Below are positions 11,966 through 25,242 of a stretch of DNA of 64,000 bases, one piece after another. The DNA is from Lepidodermella squamata (Eukaryota > Animalia > Gastrotricha), in assembly GCA_047495785.1 (NCBI GenBank), contig JBLDXI010000028.1, positions 744,001 to 808,000 of the forward strand, written 5' to 3'. The notes under the pieces are model-generated. The model was not told where the DNA came from and did no database searches. It saw nothing but the letters and a program-made list of their open reading frames with translations. The position numbers were made by a program, and so were the translations under genes. Every line of letters begins with the position of its first letter. Position 1 is the first letter of the stretch.

Positions 11966-14900
11966 ATGGCTAACAAGGATTCAGATCCTAACTGGAAAAT
12001 TGGCGATAAAATATTTGTCATCGAATCGCCGAATTCGAAGCTGAATGCCCGAGTTGTAGCCGTTAATTCGCCGAAAAAGCAAGTCAAGCTGCGATATATT
12101 GCCAAAAATCCGAAACCGGACGAGTGGTTTAGCATGGATTCGCCCCAGCTGCGGCATTCAGCGGTATCGCCTAGCTCGCCGCGGCGGTCTGGCATGAAAG
12201 TTGGCCAGTATGTACTCGGGATATGGTCAGACGGCATTTGGTACCCGGGTCAAATTGCTGAAATCCGATCGAGCAGTTCGGTTATGATTCATTTCTATGA
12301 CGGCCTAAAAAAAGCACTGCGGCCGAATAACATTCGTCTCGTAACTTATGATGAACATCAAAAACGTGAGTAAAATACTTTAAATTAACGAGTTGGAGGT
12401 GAAATTCATTTCGAAGCTAGCGACAGCATTTCCCCATCGTTTCGCACAATTTCGCCGGGCGAAGTTGAAATTCACCAAGGAAAATTTGAAAATCCTGATT
12501 GTAAATGGTTCAGATTTTTGATATTTCACCCGGTTAGACCGAATTTCTACGACATTTTCATGTAATCTATAATAAACTGTTTTCGAAAATTTTTGAATGA
12601 GCTGTTTGTGACCTATTTATTTTGCTAAATTTTAGGCCTCGAGGAGGTTCTAAAAGCTGCCGAAGAATTGGACCGATCGTTGCAACAACAGACGGCTGAT
12701 GTTCCGCTCGGAAGAACCCGGCGGCAAAACCAAGCCGCTCGAGGCGAAGTAGCGCAGCCGAACCTCGACCAGCCGTCGACTTCATCGATAGCAGCCGAAC
12801 CTACAGGCGGAACAAACTCATCGATCGCGTCGAATTTCGGCGATGAGGACTCAGATGTGGATGACACGCCGTTGAGTGCATTAGTGCCGAAACGGCCGCG
12901 GCGAACTTCGACGAGGGTTGCGACGCCTAGTTCGGTTACAACGCCGCCGCCACCAAAGCCGGTTGTCGAGCAACGAGCGACGCGGTCTGCGAATAAAACA
13001 ACTCCGACATCAGTCTCGGCCTCGACCCCGCCGCCCGCCCAGCAGTCGGGGGCAATCGATCAAGCGAAACCGGCGTCTGATCAGCCGAAGCGAACGAGTT
13101 CGAGACAGGCCCAACGGAAGTCGATGCCGAACCTTGAGACGAAGACCAAAACATCAACTAACCAGGTCGGTTTTTGTTATTTAAAAACTATTGATTAGGG
13201 CAAAAATGAGCTAGAAGTTCTATAGCTACATAGAATATGACATAGAAGTAGCTATATAAGTCGTAGTCTAATAAGCATATAAGCTAGTTGGATTCCTATT
13301 CCTACTCTGCTGAAAATATGAGAAAAAAGGACGCCACCCTCTTCATTCTCTTGTGGTGCCGTCAGTGGGACACCAGTGAACTGAGCTTATCTAATACTGG
13401 GCTTGCAACTCATTTACACATTTTACTTCAACATTTAACAATTTTGTTGAATAGTTTTGTTCAATAAAACTAAATAGTTCAGAATTATTGTCTGAGAGAG
13501 ATTCGGGCTACCCGGCAGCAGCGCTGAAAGTAGAACATTAAACCTGCCAGGGATGCTGCTAAAATTGGTTAAAAATGCGGTAAATACTAGTAAGTTCCTA
13601 ATTAGTAAGTTCTAGTATTAAGTTCCTAACCGCAAATTCGTAACGTGATCTTTTCGTAACACATTTTCGTATCCAACTCAAAATTTCCAACTTACTTTGG
13701 TGATCCTTTCATAACAAATTAATACGAAGTTGTGATCGATTCGTAGCGCTTTTAATATTTAATAGAGAAAGCAGATTAGCCGAACACTGTTCAAAGTGGC
13801 CTGGCAAACACGAAACTGACACCCAAGAATGGTGACGAAAAAGACTGCGCGAATGCTTTTGAGAAGACCCAACTCGAAGTAGCATGTAACTTGAGTGACA
13901 ACAGTAGGACTTGGCCGTTCCATTTAACTTCGAAGGTATTTGAATAATCGCATGCAGAGTTCTTCAGTCTTATTCGTCATCAAAACAAAGCCACTTGTTG
14001 TTGTCAACCAGCAAGAGAAAGGTTAACAACTGGTAGAAAATCGCGGGCTCGCACTTGAAAGTTCCATCGACGAACCAGCGTTGGTTACTAGCCAGTCTAT
14101 CAGTCTGCGTCGGTTTCGAAAACCACAAAAGCACCAGGCTTTCGAGTGTTTAGCACAATCTCGCGATGTCGTAAGACAGCATCGCCGCATTGGTTTCGGT
14201 TATATCGGAGCTTGTTTCATCGGGCGAATCCAACATCGTGAACCATGCCGTGACCTTGTAGCGACGATGAATTCAGGATATTTAACCTTACCTTTAGATC
14301 CGAGAGCTCAGTTGAGGAAAGCTCATCGAACGTCCGCTCGATTCACCAGACGGCCCGAGCTCAAATTTCGCGGGTGAAGACGACAACTTCTTCATCGGCG
14401 AGCTATTGTTGTAGCTGTCTTGCGTGGCGGTGCTGGGCAGTTCGTCGGCAACAGCGCTTTGCCATCGACGATCGAACGAAATAGAACTGGCCCACAGACA
14501 ACGGCTACCACCAGAACAAACAGAAATTCCGATTGGCTCTCGGGTCGAATATTCTCAACGTAACAGCATTTTTCATATGAGGAACGTGAATTAAATTCCA
14601 GCCCTCATCATCAGTTTCTTTATTGCGTACGAGCCATTTTCATGCTGATTATACCGGAAGCCCTGTGTATAGGTAAAACGTAGAGACTCGCGAAAAATTG
14701 AGATATAACAATACAGAATTTAGTGCTACCACGTCTGTAATTTTTGACAGTTTGGTTCAAAAATGAGCTTTTGAACGTGTCGAAAAACACTAATTTCTTT
14801 CGCTTTCGAATCCTCCTTTTTCCCTCTATTTTCAACAATTTTTCTTTACACTTTTAAAAACCAACATTGGTTTTGCTCAAACGACTGTCCAACGATTTGC

Positions 14901-17900
14901 AAAATGTCCTCCATGAGACATAAGGGAGCAAGGAAATTGTAATCAGTTGGACGCTTCGCAAGATCAGACAACTTTTCTCGGATAACCTTCTGTTCGTTAA
15001 CCTTAGTTTTGCTGGGAATTGCGTTGATTCGGTCAAAGTTCCGAGAAATTGCTGCAATGGCGTTATAGCTCGAGTTGCACCACCTGATATCGAAGCTGCG
15101 TTTTACGGTTACAACAGAAATTCCGAGTTGTTCGCCAATTTTCTCCAATTCAGGGGAAAAATTAAGGAGGAATTAATCGATACCTGTCGCTTTCCGTTAG
15201 GAGGGGAGGTACTTATATTTTGATTGTTATTAGCATTGGCACAAATAGTTTTGATGTCAAATTATCAATTTGAGTCAAGAGAAATCACTGTTCTTGGGGC
15301 TGCCGGCTCAGCTCGGTGGCCAGAATAGAAAGGTACTTGGCGAGCAATTTCTAGATCTTCATCGCCACGAATAACGACCTGAATCGCATCCCCATAAACA
15401 AACGTGTGTGTTAAATTTAAAAAAAATGAGCGTAACACCTTGAAAAATATAAGCAGCTCAGAGGTCGATGAAGAGGTTCCTTCGATTTGCGTCTCGAAGT
15501 TGGCTGCGGAAATAAGGACGCTTCGTCGGTTACGAGACCTGACTATATAAGATAACGGATTTGCGAAATTCTGAATGCTTGATTGAATAGCTCTTGGGGG
15601 AACGGGAAGGTGACAGAACCGCAACGCGGATTGTGGTCGGCGGAAATCGAGGCGGCTAGGTAGACTATCTTCACCTTGATGTACGTGTAAGTAGAGCCGA
15701 TAAGCTGCCGTGACAAGGCTGTTGGTGAAATTGGTGAACAGGTTCCACCAGAACTTTTTCGACCGATAGTCGGGCGATAGGCGCCGTTCATCTCGGCCTT
15801 TTAGGGCCTTTGAATCAGAATGGAGCAGCGAGACACGAAGCCTGGAGTCGAATATTTTTGAAAACAGCTTCGCGTCACACGGCTGTCTTGGCAACCAGAA
15901 ATTTGCCTTACTATATTGACGTTGGCTTCGAGGTGCCGTTTTTCCTCGGCTCAAAATTGCCTTTATTGGCATTTCGCGCAGTTACGATAGCTGAAACTCG
16001 AAATTCAGCAATCAAAAGATTCTAAGAACAATTCATGATTCATCTCCTCGTTGTCTTCTTCGCTTTCACCATTAGCAGATTAGAGTTAACTAGCAAGGCC
16101 TTCTGTTTGAAATAGTTTTTTCCAAGTTTTGTAAATATTTTTTGTTTTTATCCCCTACAATTTTAGGCTGATCTTCAATCCAGTTCAGATAGCTCAAAGC
16201 TACGGCGGAAAATTGCCAGAGACCAGCCAGGCCCGTCGAGTAGCAATCCGCAGCCTGAGCGGCCAAGTAACTCAGTCACTACCTCCACGCAACCTCCCCT
16301 AACCATCGTCCACTGTATGTGTGGCAAAAATCGTCAGGAAGCGAATATGCTGCAATGCTCACTTTGCATGACCTGGCAGCATTCGCAGTGTTGTTTGGGC
16401 AACAGTTCATCGAAGCAGAGCAATGCGGCTGCTATTAAGAAGGAAGACGTTACCATGGCGTGTTCTCGTGGTTATGTTTGCAATTTCTGTTTGAGGCCGA
16501 ATGGAGCGTATGCCGATTTGCCGCAACGCATTCGATCTCGAGTGTTGGAGCGAGGCATCTGTCCGCGTTTCTCGTCGGCGGATTCGAAACGGTCCAAGGC
16601 GGCGAAAAAGCCGAATGGGAGTATTTTGGCTCAACTGGTTGTTCAAACTGAAGCGGTTATGGGCCTGCTGCAAAAATCTAGGCTAATCATGGCTGAGCTG
16701 GTTAATGGGCCGAATCGAACAGCTGATAAGGTTTGTGAAATCGTTTGCTTAATCGAACGAATTCCCACTAATGAAAGTTGTCGTGAATGCCCTATCACAC
16801 AACTTGACTGTAACTTAAATAATTGCTCATACAGCATAAGTAACGCAAGCAAAGAAAATAAACGGAAAAGGGTTGTGAAACTCTAAAATGAGAGGCGAAG
16901 TCGCATCTCATGGCTAGAATAAATTTCAAAAAATCACATCAATCATGTTACTTGTTGGTGGGATTATAAAGTTTGGAGAGGTTGGGTCCAGCCGGGAAAA
17001 ATACCGAAAATTACCAAACCAGTATCGGGGCTTTCCCTGGTGAATTTTTCATTTCTTTGGTTAAATCGCGTATGAATTAAACCTATCGGTAAATCGCGTG
17101 ACTGGGCGACCGGTTGTTGGCGATCTCAGCCAGATGTGCCATCACGAAGAGGCCGTAATCGTTGGAATTAGACTGCTGTGAACATGGCATACATCGCACC
17201 TCGAGTGTGTCGTGAATGATGTGATTGGCGGTCGAGTAACTGGCGTGTTACATCTAGAGACGGCTTTGAGAATGCCCCAAAAAGCGAGTCGTAGACTTCG
17301 ACCTGGCCGCTGACGTTGCTGGAAACAAACCAGTGTTGCATGTCGGCGTCATTATGGACTTGAACACCTTGAAAAAAATCGCAAATTTCCAAATCAAGTT
17401 GGAGGTTCGACGTAACAATAACTAACCTCTGTGTGCAGGCATTTCGCTAAATTTGAACTTTCGGTTTCTAAGCAATGTGGAGTCGCAAGCCGCGAGTTCC
17501 GGTCTTTGATCGCGGAAAAGCGACATTGATAACTGTCGGTTCAATCGTCGAATCGCAACCTTCGGCTTTGTTGACTTCATAGCTCGCAGTCGACGGCAAG
17601 ATAATAGGCTAATAAAGCATTGGCACCGGCTCCAATCGCGGCCAGGCTCAAATCTGCTTGTATTTTCGCTTTTCCGTCGTTATCGTAAAATAATTGTTGC
17701 TCCTTTCTTGAAAATAGTGCCTTAAATTTTCAGATGTGTCGTAGCCTTGCTTCGCTTTAGTTTTCGCCAAGCAAATTATAACCTGCGTTATTCTTATTCC
17801 TACTTTCGTACGTGAAGGCGTGTAATAAATCGAAACGCTTTACGGTAATAAAATTGTCGTCTACAACAATGAGGCTATTAGCCGCGAAACGAATGGCAAA

Positions 17901-18833
17901 GCCGAGGACTTTCATCGCAGTAGGATTTGACAAGACATGCATTTCGTCTAAAACAGTTGTGATGATCTACGTCGGGATTCTGGTCCATTTTACTTTTAAG
18001 CAAAGCATACGCCGAATCGGACTGGCCCCCATCGTATTCGATCGGTATCAATCTCGTACCACATGTGGCTGTAGAATTTGAACAGATTCCCGCTAAAATG
18101 ATAGGCCGAGGCACTTCACAGGCCTAGAGCGAGTGAGAGCGTAACTTTAGTGCGTGTTCAAAGTGATTGGGTTGAGCTTCCAGTTCAGCGTATACAATTC
18201 GTTTGTAAAATTTCGTCTGTTGAAAACTTATCCTTTGTCATGTGTGCGAAATACTTGAGTCCTGGCAAGTAAATTTCCTTCGAAAAGTAACGCACAAAAG
18301 AAAAAAGTAACGCATAAGACCTCCAATTTAGCTGCTATGAAGAGACAATTAATGGAAGTTCGTTTAGATTAAATTGAATTGGATTGAATGAATTGAAAAT
18401 TGAATAAAATATTAAATTCAAGAATTTTTAAGATAATTGGCCCGCATTCTATGGGCTGTTACAAATCTGAATTTTCAATTGTTTTCAATTTTTCCAGCTC
18501 ACAGATTCGCTGGATACAATAGGTGCTATACACGCCCATGCCGATGCGCTGCTTGAGAAAATCGAAATTGCTTCAAATGGTGAGTTGGTTTTATTCAAAT
18601 TTTTGGCCTATTCAATCCTGGTTTTTGTTACAGCTGAAGCCGAGCGTATCGCCAGCCAACCTTCGACATTGAACGAATATCAGTCGAAACAACTGGCCGA
18701 GCTGACCCTGAGGGACATTTTACAAGACGTGTCAACGCTGCATGAAATGCTGGTGCGAGTTGAAGCTGCTAAATCTATTCCTTCGACGTCATCTGCTCAA
18801 AGCCAAAAATCAGCTGGCGATGCCAAGAAGTGA
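11966..18833 (+). CDS. PHF20: PHF20/PHF20L1/MBD-R2-like tandem-Tudor plus PHD protein. Exons 11966-12365, 12636-13165, 16167-16730, 18498-18579, 18634-18833
   Basis: Two Tudor domains (WKIGDKI..DEWFSMDSPQLR; VGQYVLGIWSDGIWYPGQI..IHFYDG) and a PHD finger (IVHCMCG..MLQCSLCMTWQHSQC..YVCNFC); all junctions GT-AG and in frame. Confidence 0.88.
13620..14580 (-). mobile_element. Decayed MULE (Mutator-like) transposase remnant in PHF20 intron 2
   Basis: Minus-strand translation LASNQRWFVDGTFKCEPAIFYQLLTF, then after a frameshift FVLMTNKTEE..CYFELGLLKSIRAVF..ILGCQF..Q; contains stops; outer boundaries approximate. Confidence 0.8.
14846..15150 (-). mobile_element. hAT-type (ZNF862-like) transposase fragment
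   Basis: VVTVKRSFDIRWCNSSYNAIAAISRNF..FLAPLCLMEDIL resembles the hAT 'RW' insertion-domain region; isolated fragment. Confidence 0.55.
17050..18150 (-). mobile_element. Decayed transposon-borne Ulp1/SENP-type cysteine protease (possible upstream OTU-like piece) in PHF20 intron 3
   Basis: GVQVHND..QHWFVSSN..VEVYDSL and, after a frameshift, QQSNSNDYGLFVMA (canonical Q..N..DCG.F with Cys changed to Tyr); Ulp1 domains are known MULE cargo. Confidence 0.7.
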
Positions 18834-19179
18834 TCTGCTTATTCATCATAATTCACATTCCATTGAAATATCACGATTTTTCGTAAATAAAAATCAACAT
18901 TTTCTCATTATTTGTCCAATTTTTTACGCTGAGATTAATGAACAAAATAAAAGCGGTGATTGTTGCGAATTCCGATGAATGAAAAAATTGAAAGGTTTTA
19001 TCGAATCAACAGGATGACTCATATCCATTCGTCATTTTATTCTTTATAAATGTTCGATTTATACCGATAAAAACGGTCATTTTTTTCTACCCAGGAAACT
19101 CTGTAACGCAGTTGGATTTTCGCCAAAACATTTTGCATGAATTAACACCGATTTTTTAGTCAAAAAACGCGCGTATCTT

Positions 19180-20830
19180 CTTGTTTTTCTAGTGCGCACG
19201 TGTTGCAAAACACGTTAGCAGTGACGTAGTTTTCGATAGCTAGCGATTAGCGCACCTTGGAAAATATGCATGAATGGCAGGAAGAATAGTAATTATTAGT
19301 GATGGGCGGAATTATTATTCATCCTTCTGGCGGGTATATTATATCGCAGGTTGGCGATTCATAGCCTAAACGCGCGTTCGTTCGCATTTCAGGCGTTGAA
19401 TAATGATGACTGAAAGGTATTATTTTTTGCGCCGGGCTCCGCCTCACCTTTGAACAACACAAGCAGACAGCTTGTCTAAATAAAAACACGTTTAAAACGT
19501 ATCGTAAAACGTTGCTGGAAGTATAGGTAATCAGGCGATGCGGATAGTATACGTTAAACGCGAGTAATAATAATAATGGCTTTGCGCGCGCACTGCGCAA
19601 AATGATGCGCGCAATTATCTGCGCGCGCGCGTCAGTGTTGCGCTGTTGGGCGCGTTCGGTAGAACCGTAATGATAGCGCGCCGATCGCCGCCGCCGACGG
19701 CAGTCTCATGCTCGCGTTTTCAACTGATGTTTATGCGTTCAAGCGCGCGTGTCTGAATGCGCGGCTCGATGAAAGCCATAACACTGCGCGCGAGCGCATA
19801 TAAGCTTACACCGTCTTGATGCGCTCGCGCCTGCCTTTGCACCGCATTAGGCGCATATTCGGATTAATATCGTTATTATAATAATAAAACCACGGCCCAC
19901 TCATCGCCAGCGCTGTTTTGACGATATATCTGGCAAACTGCCTGGCAGCAGCCGTCTCGCAAATCTATATTGACCTTATCGCAAAACGATTCCCCATATA
20001 TATATAGATCCAGCGCGATTTTCTTCCCCTTTCTTCATCCAGCCGTCGAACAATAGCGGCAGCAGCCAAAATAACAACAATAGCGACCTCGCGTCATCAT
20101 TATCGCGCCGCGTTTTTTCTTCCTTACCTCCCTTACCTTAATCATCCGTAAACCGCGGCCGCACATCTGTTGCTTTTGAGCTATGACGAACTACTCAATA
20201 TTATTTATTATTATTATAATAATCCAAACTTGATATATTATTATTTTAGCTATATATAAAAGGTTTTCTCTACCGCGGTTTTTTTCAAGACCGCTCCGAA
20301 CGCGTCTGTCAACACGGCCTAATAGGCGCGCATTTTTTGCTTCGACTCGTTCCTTTGTGTGCGCTAAAAAACGCGTATTACATGCGTATACTGTAGTATA
20401 TGCGGTCGCGTGACATGCCGCGCGCCACTCAAGAAATCGCACGCAGGGTGCCTCAAAAAAGGGCGGTGTTTCTGTGCGTTTATTAGACACCGCGTTAGAT
20501 GATACCTGCCAGCTTCCGTGTGCGCTCGTTTTTTCCTCTACCACTAGCTCTTGCCTTGCCTTTTTTTGTTTCGTAGCAGCGGCATTGTCATTTATATCAG
20601 TGTCTTAAGCGAGGCGGAGGAATTTTCTCCCGGCCTCCTGATCGCGCGACTCGGTCTAATTACGGCCGTTGGAGAACTTCTAATTACACACAGCGCAGCT
20701 GGCGGCGGCGGCTTATGTGGCGAGCCCCGTGTACTCGACTCGCTGTATTATAGCTTGACGAGTGCAAGGCCCTGAAACACAGATAAAGATGACACACTAA
20801 GGCACCGCCTGTTGACTCGCGCGACCTCTT
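19180..20830. promoter_or_regulatory. CpG/GCGC-rich non-coding block upstream of the DAPK-like gene (probable promoter, 5' UTR or enhancer)
   Basis: Dense GCGCGC/CGCG runs, no credible ORF, directly upstream of the kinase gene. Confidence 0.4.
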
Positions 20831-21438
20831 GCAACCGCATCTTCTTCAATTATTGCCTTGTCCCCATTTTTACCGAAGCCCTGAAATTAGCCCTATTGCC
20901 TCTAGACGCCCGAAATTAAAATAAAATTCATCAGGCCCCCTAGAAATCAGTAGAAATAAAAAATTACCGAAAATCCCATTTTTTCTGGATTTTTCTGGAT
21001 TCGTGTTTTTCAGCTTTTCAGAGTGATTTTCTGAATTTATTTAATATGTTATTTGGATAATAACGAACATATATATCTGATTCGTTTCGAAGTTTGATAA
21101 ATTCAAGGGCAATTCTCAATCCGAAAATCCCATGTAACTTTTGCGTACATTTACCGGAACTTTTGACCTACTTAGACTTAATCTCTGCCGCTTTCATTAT
21201 GGGCAATTGTTTGTTTGACCCAACCCCCTCTAGAAATGATTTATTAATAATTTTAATTTTATTTCTAGAGTTTATATATTATGGCTTGACCCTTATCCTA
21301 TTCAAAATTTAGCAAAATTGATTGATCAACAGCAGATTCCACCCTGCTGTTTAAATTTTGAATAACTTCAATTATCACCAACAAATTATTTGCTGATTAA
21401 TCAATATCAATCGATCGATCGATCGATAATATTAATCG

Positions 21439-24400
21439 ATGCCGACCGATGCTGTTGTCCTCAAAGCCGGCCGCTTCGAGGATATCTACGATATCAAGGA
21501 AGAGGTTGGACGGTAAGTTCAATAATATGACCTCATTTGCATATTCACGGTTTTCCTTTATTAGGGGTCAATTCGCCGTTGTACATCGCGTTGTTCGGCG
21601 CCATGATGGGGCTGAATTTGCGGCCAAAGTCATGCGTAAACGGTCGAAGAGTTCGGCTGATTTCAGCGGCGTTAACAAAGCCGCCGTTGAACAGGAAGTT
21701 CGAATCCTACTCATGTTAGAACACCCTAACGTCATTCGACTGGATGAAGCTTACGAGGAGAAGCACTGCTTCATCTTAGTCTTCGAGTTGTTGAAGGGTG
21801 GTGAGCTGTTCAGCAAAATGCTGCAGCGAGGTCGCTTCTCTGAGGCGGAAACCATCTTCTACCTTCGTGAAATCCTTTGCGCTTTGAAGCACTTACACTC
21901 CAAAGACATCGTTCATTTGGACATCAAACCGGAGAATATCATGCTTTCGGATGATTCATCAGCTAATGCGGTCAAAATTATCGATTTCGGTCTTTCTCGA
22001 ATTATCAATGCCAAATATGTTACCAGGGACATGGTCGGTACGCCTGAGTTCGTTGGTAAGCAGTTTCGGGTTTTTCGGGAATTTTCTGAATAACATTGCT
22101 GATTTGTATTCTATAGCGCCTGAGGTGATCAATTACGATGAAATTACCCTGGCAACGGACATGTGGTCGTTGGGCGTGTTGACGTACATTCTATTAACCG
22201 GTTATTCGCCATTTCTCGGTCGAACACAGCAGGAAACGTATGAGCGCGTTAACGAAGCTCGTTGTCAGCTGGACGGGCCGCATTTTTCCGGTGTCAGCGA
22301 CCGCGCCCGCGACTTTGTGCGACGCCTCATCAGACGCCCGCCAAAAGAACGAGCCAACGTTGCCCAGTGCCTTCAACATTCCTGGCTTACGGTAAGCTCC
22401 AGTCACTGCTTCTAGGTCAAAACTATACGTTTTTTCGTTTCTTCAGATGCCTGTTCCTGATAATATGCCGCCTGTGTCTGATTACAACCACCCACCAGAA
22501 GCCGTTGTCGCTCAGCGTTTAGAAATTAACGACTCGGTTTGTCGTCTAGAATTCGACTCTAATGATTGAGCTAACTTTTAATTCTTTTACAGCCTTCATC
22601 TGGAACTTCCTCGCCAGCTTTGACCGATCGAGCTTCGATCGTAAGTGCTAACTCGGCCATGTCTCGCGACCAATCGATTAGCGCCTCGACCAACGCCCTC
22701 GCCACAACAACGCCACCTCTCGATGAATCGAAGCGGAACAACGTTCGCCAACACGAAAACGCATCGAGTGACGCAGCTTCCGGGCAGAGTGCGCCGTCTG
22801 CTTCGGCTAACAAGGCTCCAGGGCCTAAACCACCTCACCGCCATCACCACCATCATAGTCAACAGCAAGTTTCGACTGCGGCGGCTGCAGGTGCGCCGGA
22901 GCCGGATTCTCCCTCGTCTTTGTTAGCCGCAAAAGCGGCCAAGCTGCGGCCAACTCGCGAGCCTATCGTTCTGCTTCGTCCTATTCCAGAGCAACAGTCG
23001 CTGCTCATCTCAGCTCGAGGCAACCTGCGTTCGTCAAAGGAACAGAAGGCCGCGGAACAGGCTGGCATACAACGCCAGAAATCGAATCGTCGCGCTGCTT
23101 TGGCTGAGCAGCTCAAGAAGCTGAAGCCTCGAACTCGAAGCCCGGAACCTGGGGAAGTTGAGAGATCTCAAACCCCACAAACGCCGGAGAAGAGGCCCCA
23201 TACAAAGCAGCTGTCATCGAACCCAACGCCTCAGCCAGAGCCGATGTTACACCTCACGGAACACGAGCCTGCGGAGACCCAGAAGTCAACTCGGAATCTT
23301 TCGCTGAAAATGCGCTCGAGTCCGAAGTCGAAGGGAAGGAAGTCGAGCCAGGGTCAGATTTCGCCCGGTAGTGATGTCCCGGAAATTGTTGATGAAGAAG
23401 TTGTGGTCGCTCAGGTTGTCGCGCCGCAAAGCCATCAGCGCCAGCTTAGGGTGATACATACAGGCCGGTCTAGCCCAAGTGGCGAACCGTCAACTCCGAC
23501 CGAGAGGCGACAATCCGAGTCCAGAAAGAAGGAAACTTCAGACAGCAAAGAACCTCACATAACCAAGGCCGTCGCTGACCGCAGGCGTGGCCCTGGTCCT
23601 AAGATGCTGTCACCCAACGAGTCAGACCCTCCGACAAAACGGTCAAATTCACCGAAGGAAAAAATACAGGCTAAACCGAATCGGAACTCTCCGGCACCGG
23701 CTGTTTTCATTCATACTGATGACGATTCATCCTCAGCTTTCGAATCTGCAACCTCCTCAGCGGCGTTCGAGTCGCTGGACAACATTGCTCAATCGCAGTC
23801 GTCAGCCACACGGCTCAGTAACCAGAACCAGTTAACGTTAACAACATCGTCTCTGTCCCAACTTCACCTCATGGCTAGTAGTACCCATACTCGAGGTGGT
23901 GGATCTGGTAACTCGAGCTCGACTACATTAAGTGAGGCTGCTTCGAAAAGTCCATCTCAGAACACTGTTAATCAACAGCAAGCTTCGCCTAATCACAAGA
24001 AGCACGGCAGTGGCCATAAGAAGCATGGGAAGTCTGGTAACGACGCGACGTCAAGCCCAGCCCAAAGAGCTGCGGAAAGGCGGCAATCAGGCGGGCAAGA
24101 GTCGTCGGCAATGCGGTTGCTCCGCAAGTTATCCGGCCGCAAGAAGACCTCCCATAGATCAACGGCTGAAGAAGCGGAGGAAGAGCACAGTGAGAATTAC
24201 TCGTCTGTGATAGAAAAGATGGAAGCATCGCCTCCACGCCAACAGCAGACCGTTAACTACGACATGTTTACCTCAACGTCGTCGAAAGCCTCGAGCAACA
24301 TTGTCACCAGTCAAAGCATGAGTTTAGACATGTTGGAGCAGTTGCCTGTGATTGAGAACCAACTTCGCAAACCGCCAACTCCACCAAGTTCTGATAACAA

Positions 24401-24620
24401 GATTACATTTGGATCTGTTCAAGGGTTAGATACCTCTGCGTCAACTTCCACTTCGCATTATCAAAATACGAGTAACGCGTCGATTACAATGAGGCATAGA
24501 GCGCCGTCTCCTCACATTGTTGCCCAACAGCAACAGCTGCAACACGCTGCCGATCCTCATGGAACTAATCCGTCGATAATTCGTTGGCTTTTAGGCAAGG
24601 TCATTACCACAGGCAAATAG
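21439..24620 (+). CDS. DAPK-family Ser/Thr kinase with a long low-complexity tail. Exons 21439-21512, 21565-22055, 22117-22391, 22447-22536, 22593-24620
   Basis: FEDIYDIKEEVGR|GQFAVV, DAPK-type basic loop RKRSKSS..GV....EQEV.IL, HLDIKPEN, DFG, GTPEFVAPE, DMWSLGV; junctions in frame. Confidence 0.9.
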
Positions 24621-25242
24621 CGATTCTATGTTGAATCTCACCTCAATTCTATTCCTGATACTGAATGGAAGAACTGATTGTCTATGTCTAGCTCACTCCA
24701 GGGTATAAAACAGTATGAATAACTTTAGTTTGAAAAATCTCCGAAATTATTTTATTCTCCAATCGCTTCACTGAACTATATTGAAATGTACAGTTTTTCT
24801 ACTTGAGCTTAACTCTATCTCTTTTTGATCAAAAATCGTATGTACGCGAGTCTTTATGAAAAACACTGCGTTGTAAATAGGAATATAAAAATTAAAATCT
24901 TATTATTCTGCTGCGATCATAAAATGCTGATGTCGGGTGCTTTTCACTTGTTGATATTTAGAATGACTGCTGATGATGTGCTGAAAAATTTCACGAAGGA
25001 ACGAAACAAATAAATTGTTGAGATATGAATATTTAATGTTTCATAGGATCGAATTCGGTGCAAGTTAAATAAATAATCGACAAAAAAGCTGGAAGGCTAG
25101 CATATAATCACAATCGGGAATTCATGCGACTGTTTTTTGAATCATCCGACTCCCATATGGCTGCTGCTACTAGGTTACAAGCGTGGAAAAAATTCATTTC
25201 ATTCCTTGGTGCAGCAATTCATCAGCATACAACCGAAATCTA

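Noticed and set aside
15265-15972. 235-aa antisense ORF in PHF20 intron 2
   Set aside because: No recognisable motif in any frame and it sits among TE debris; it cannot be called without a homology search.
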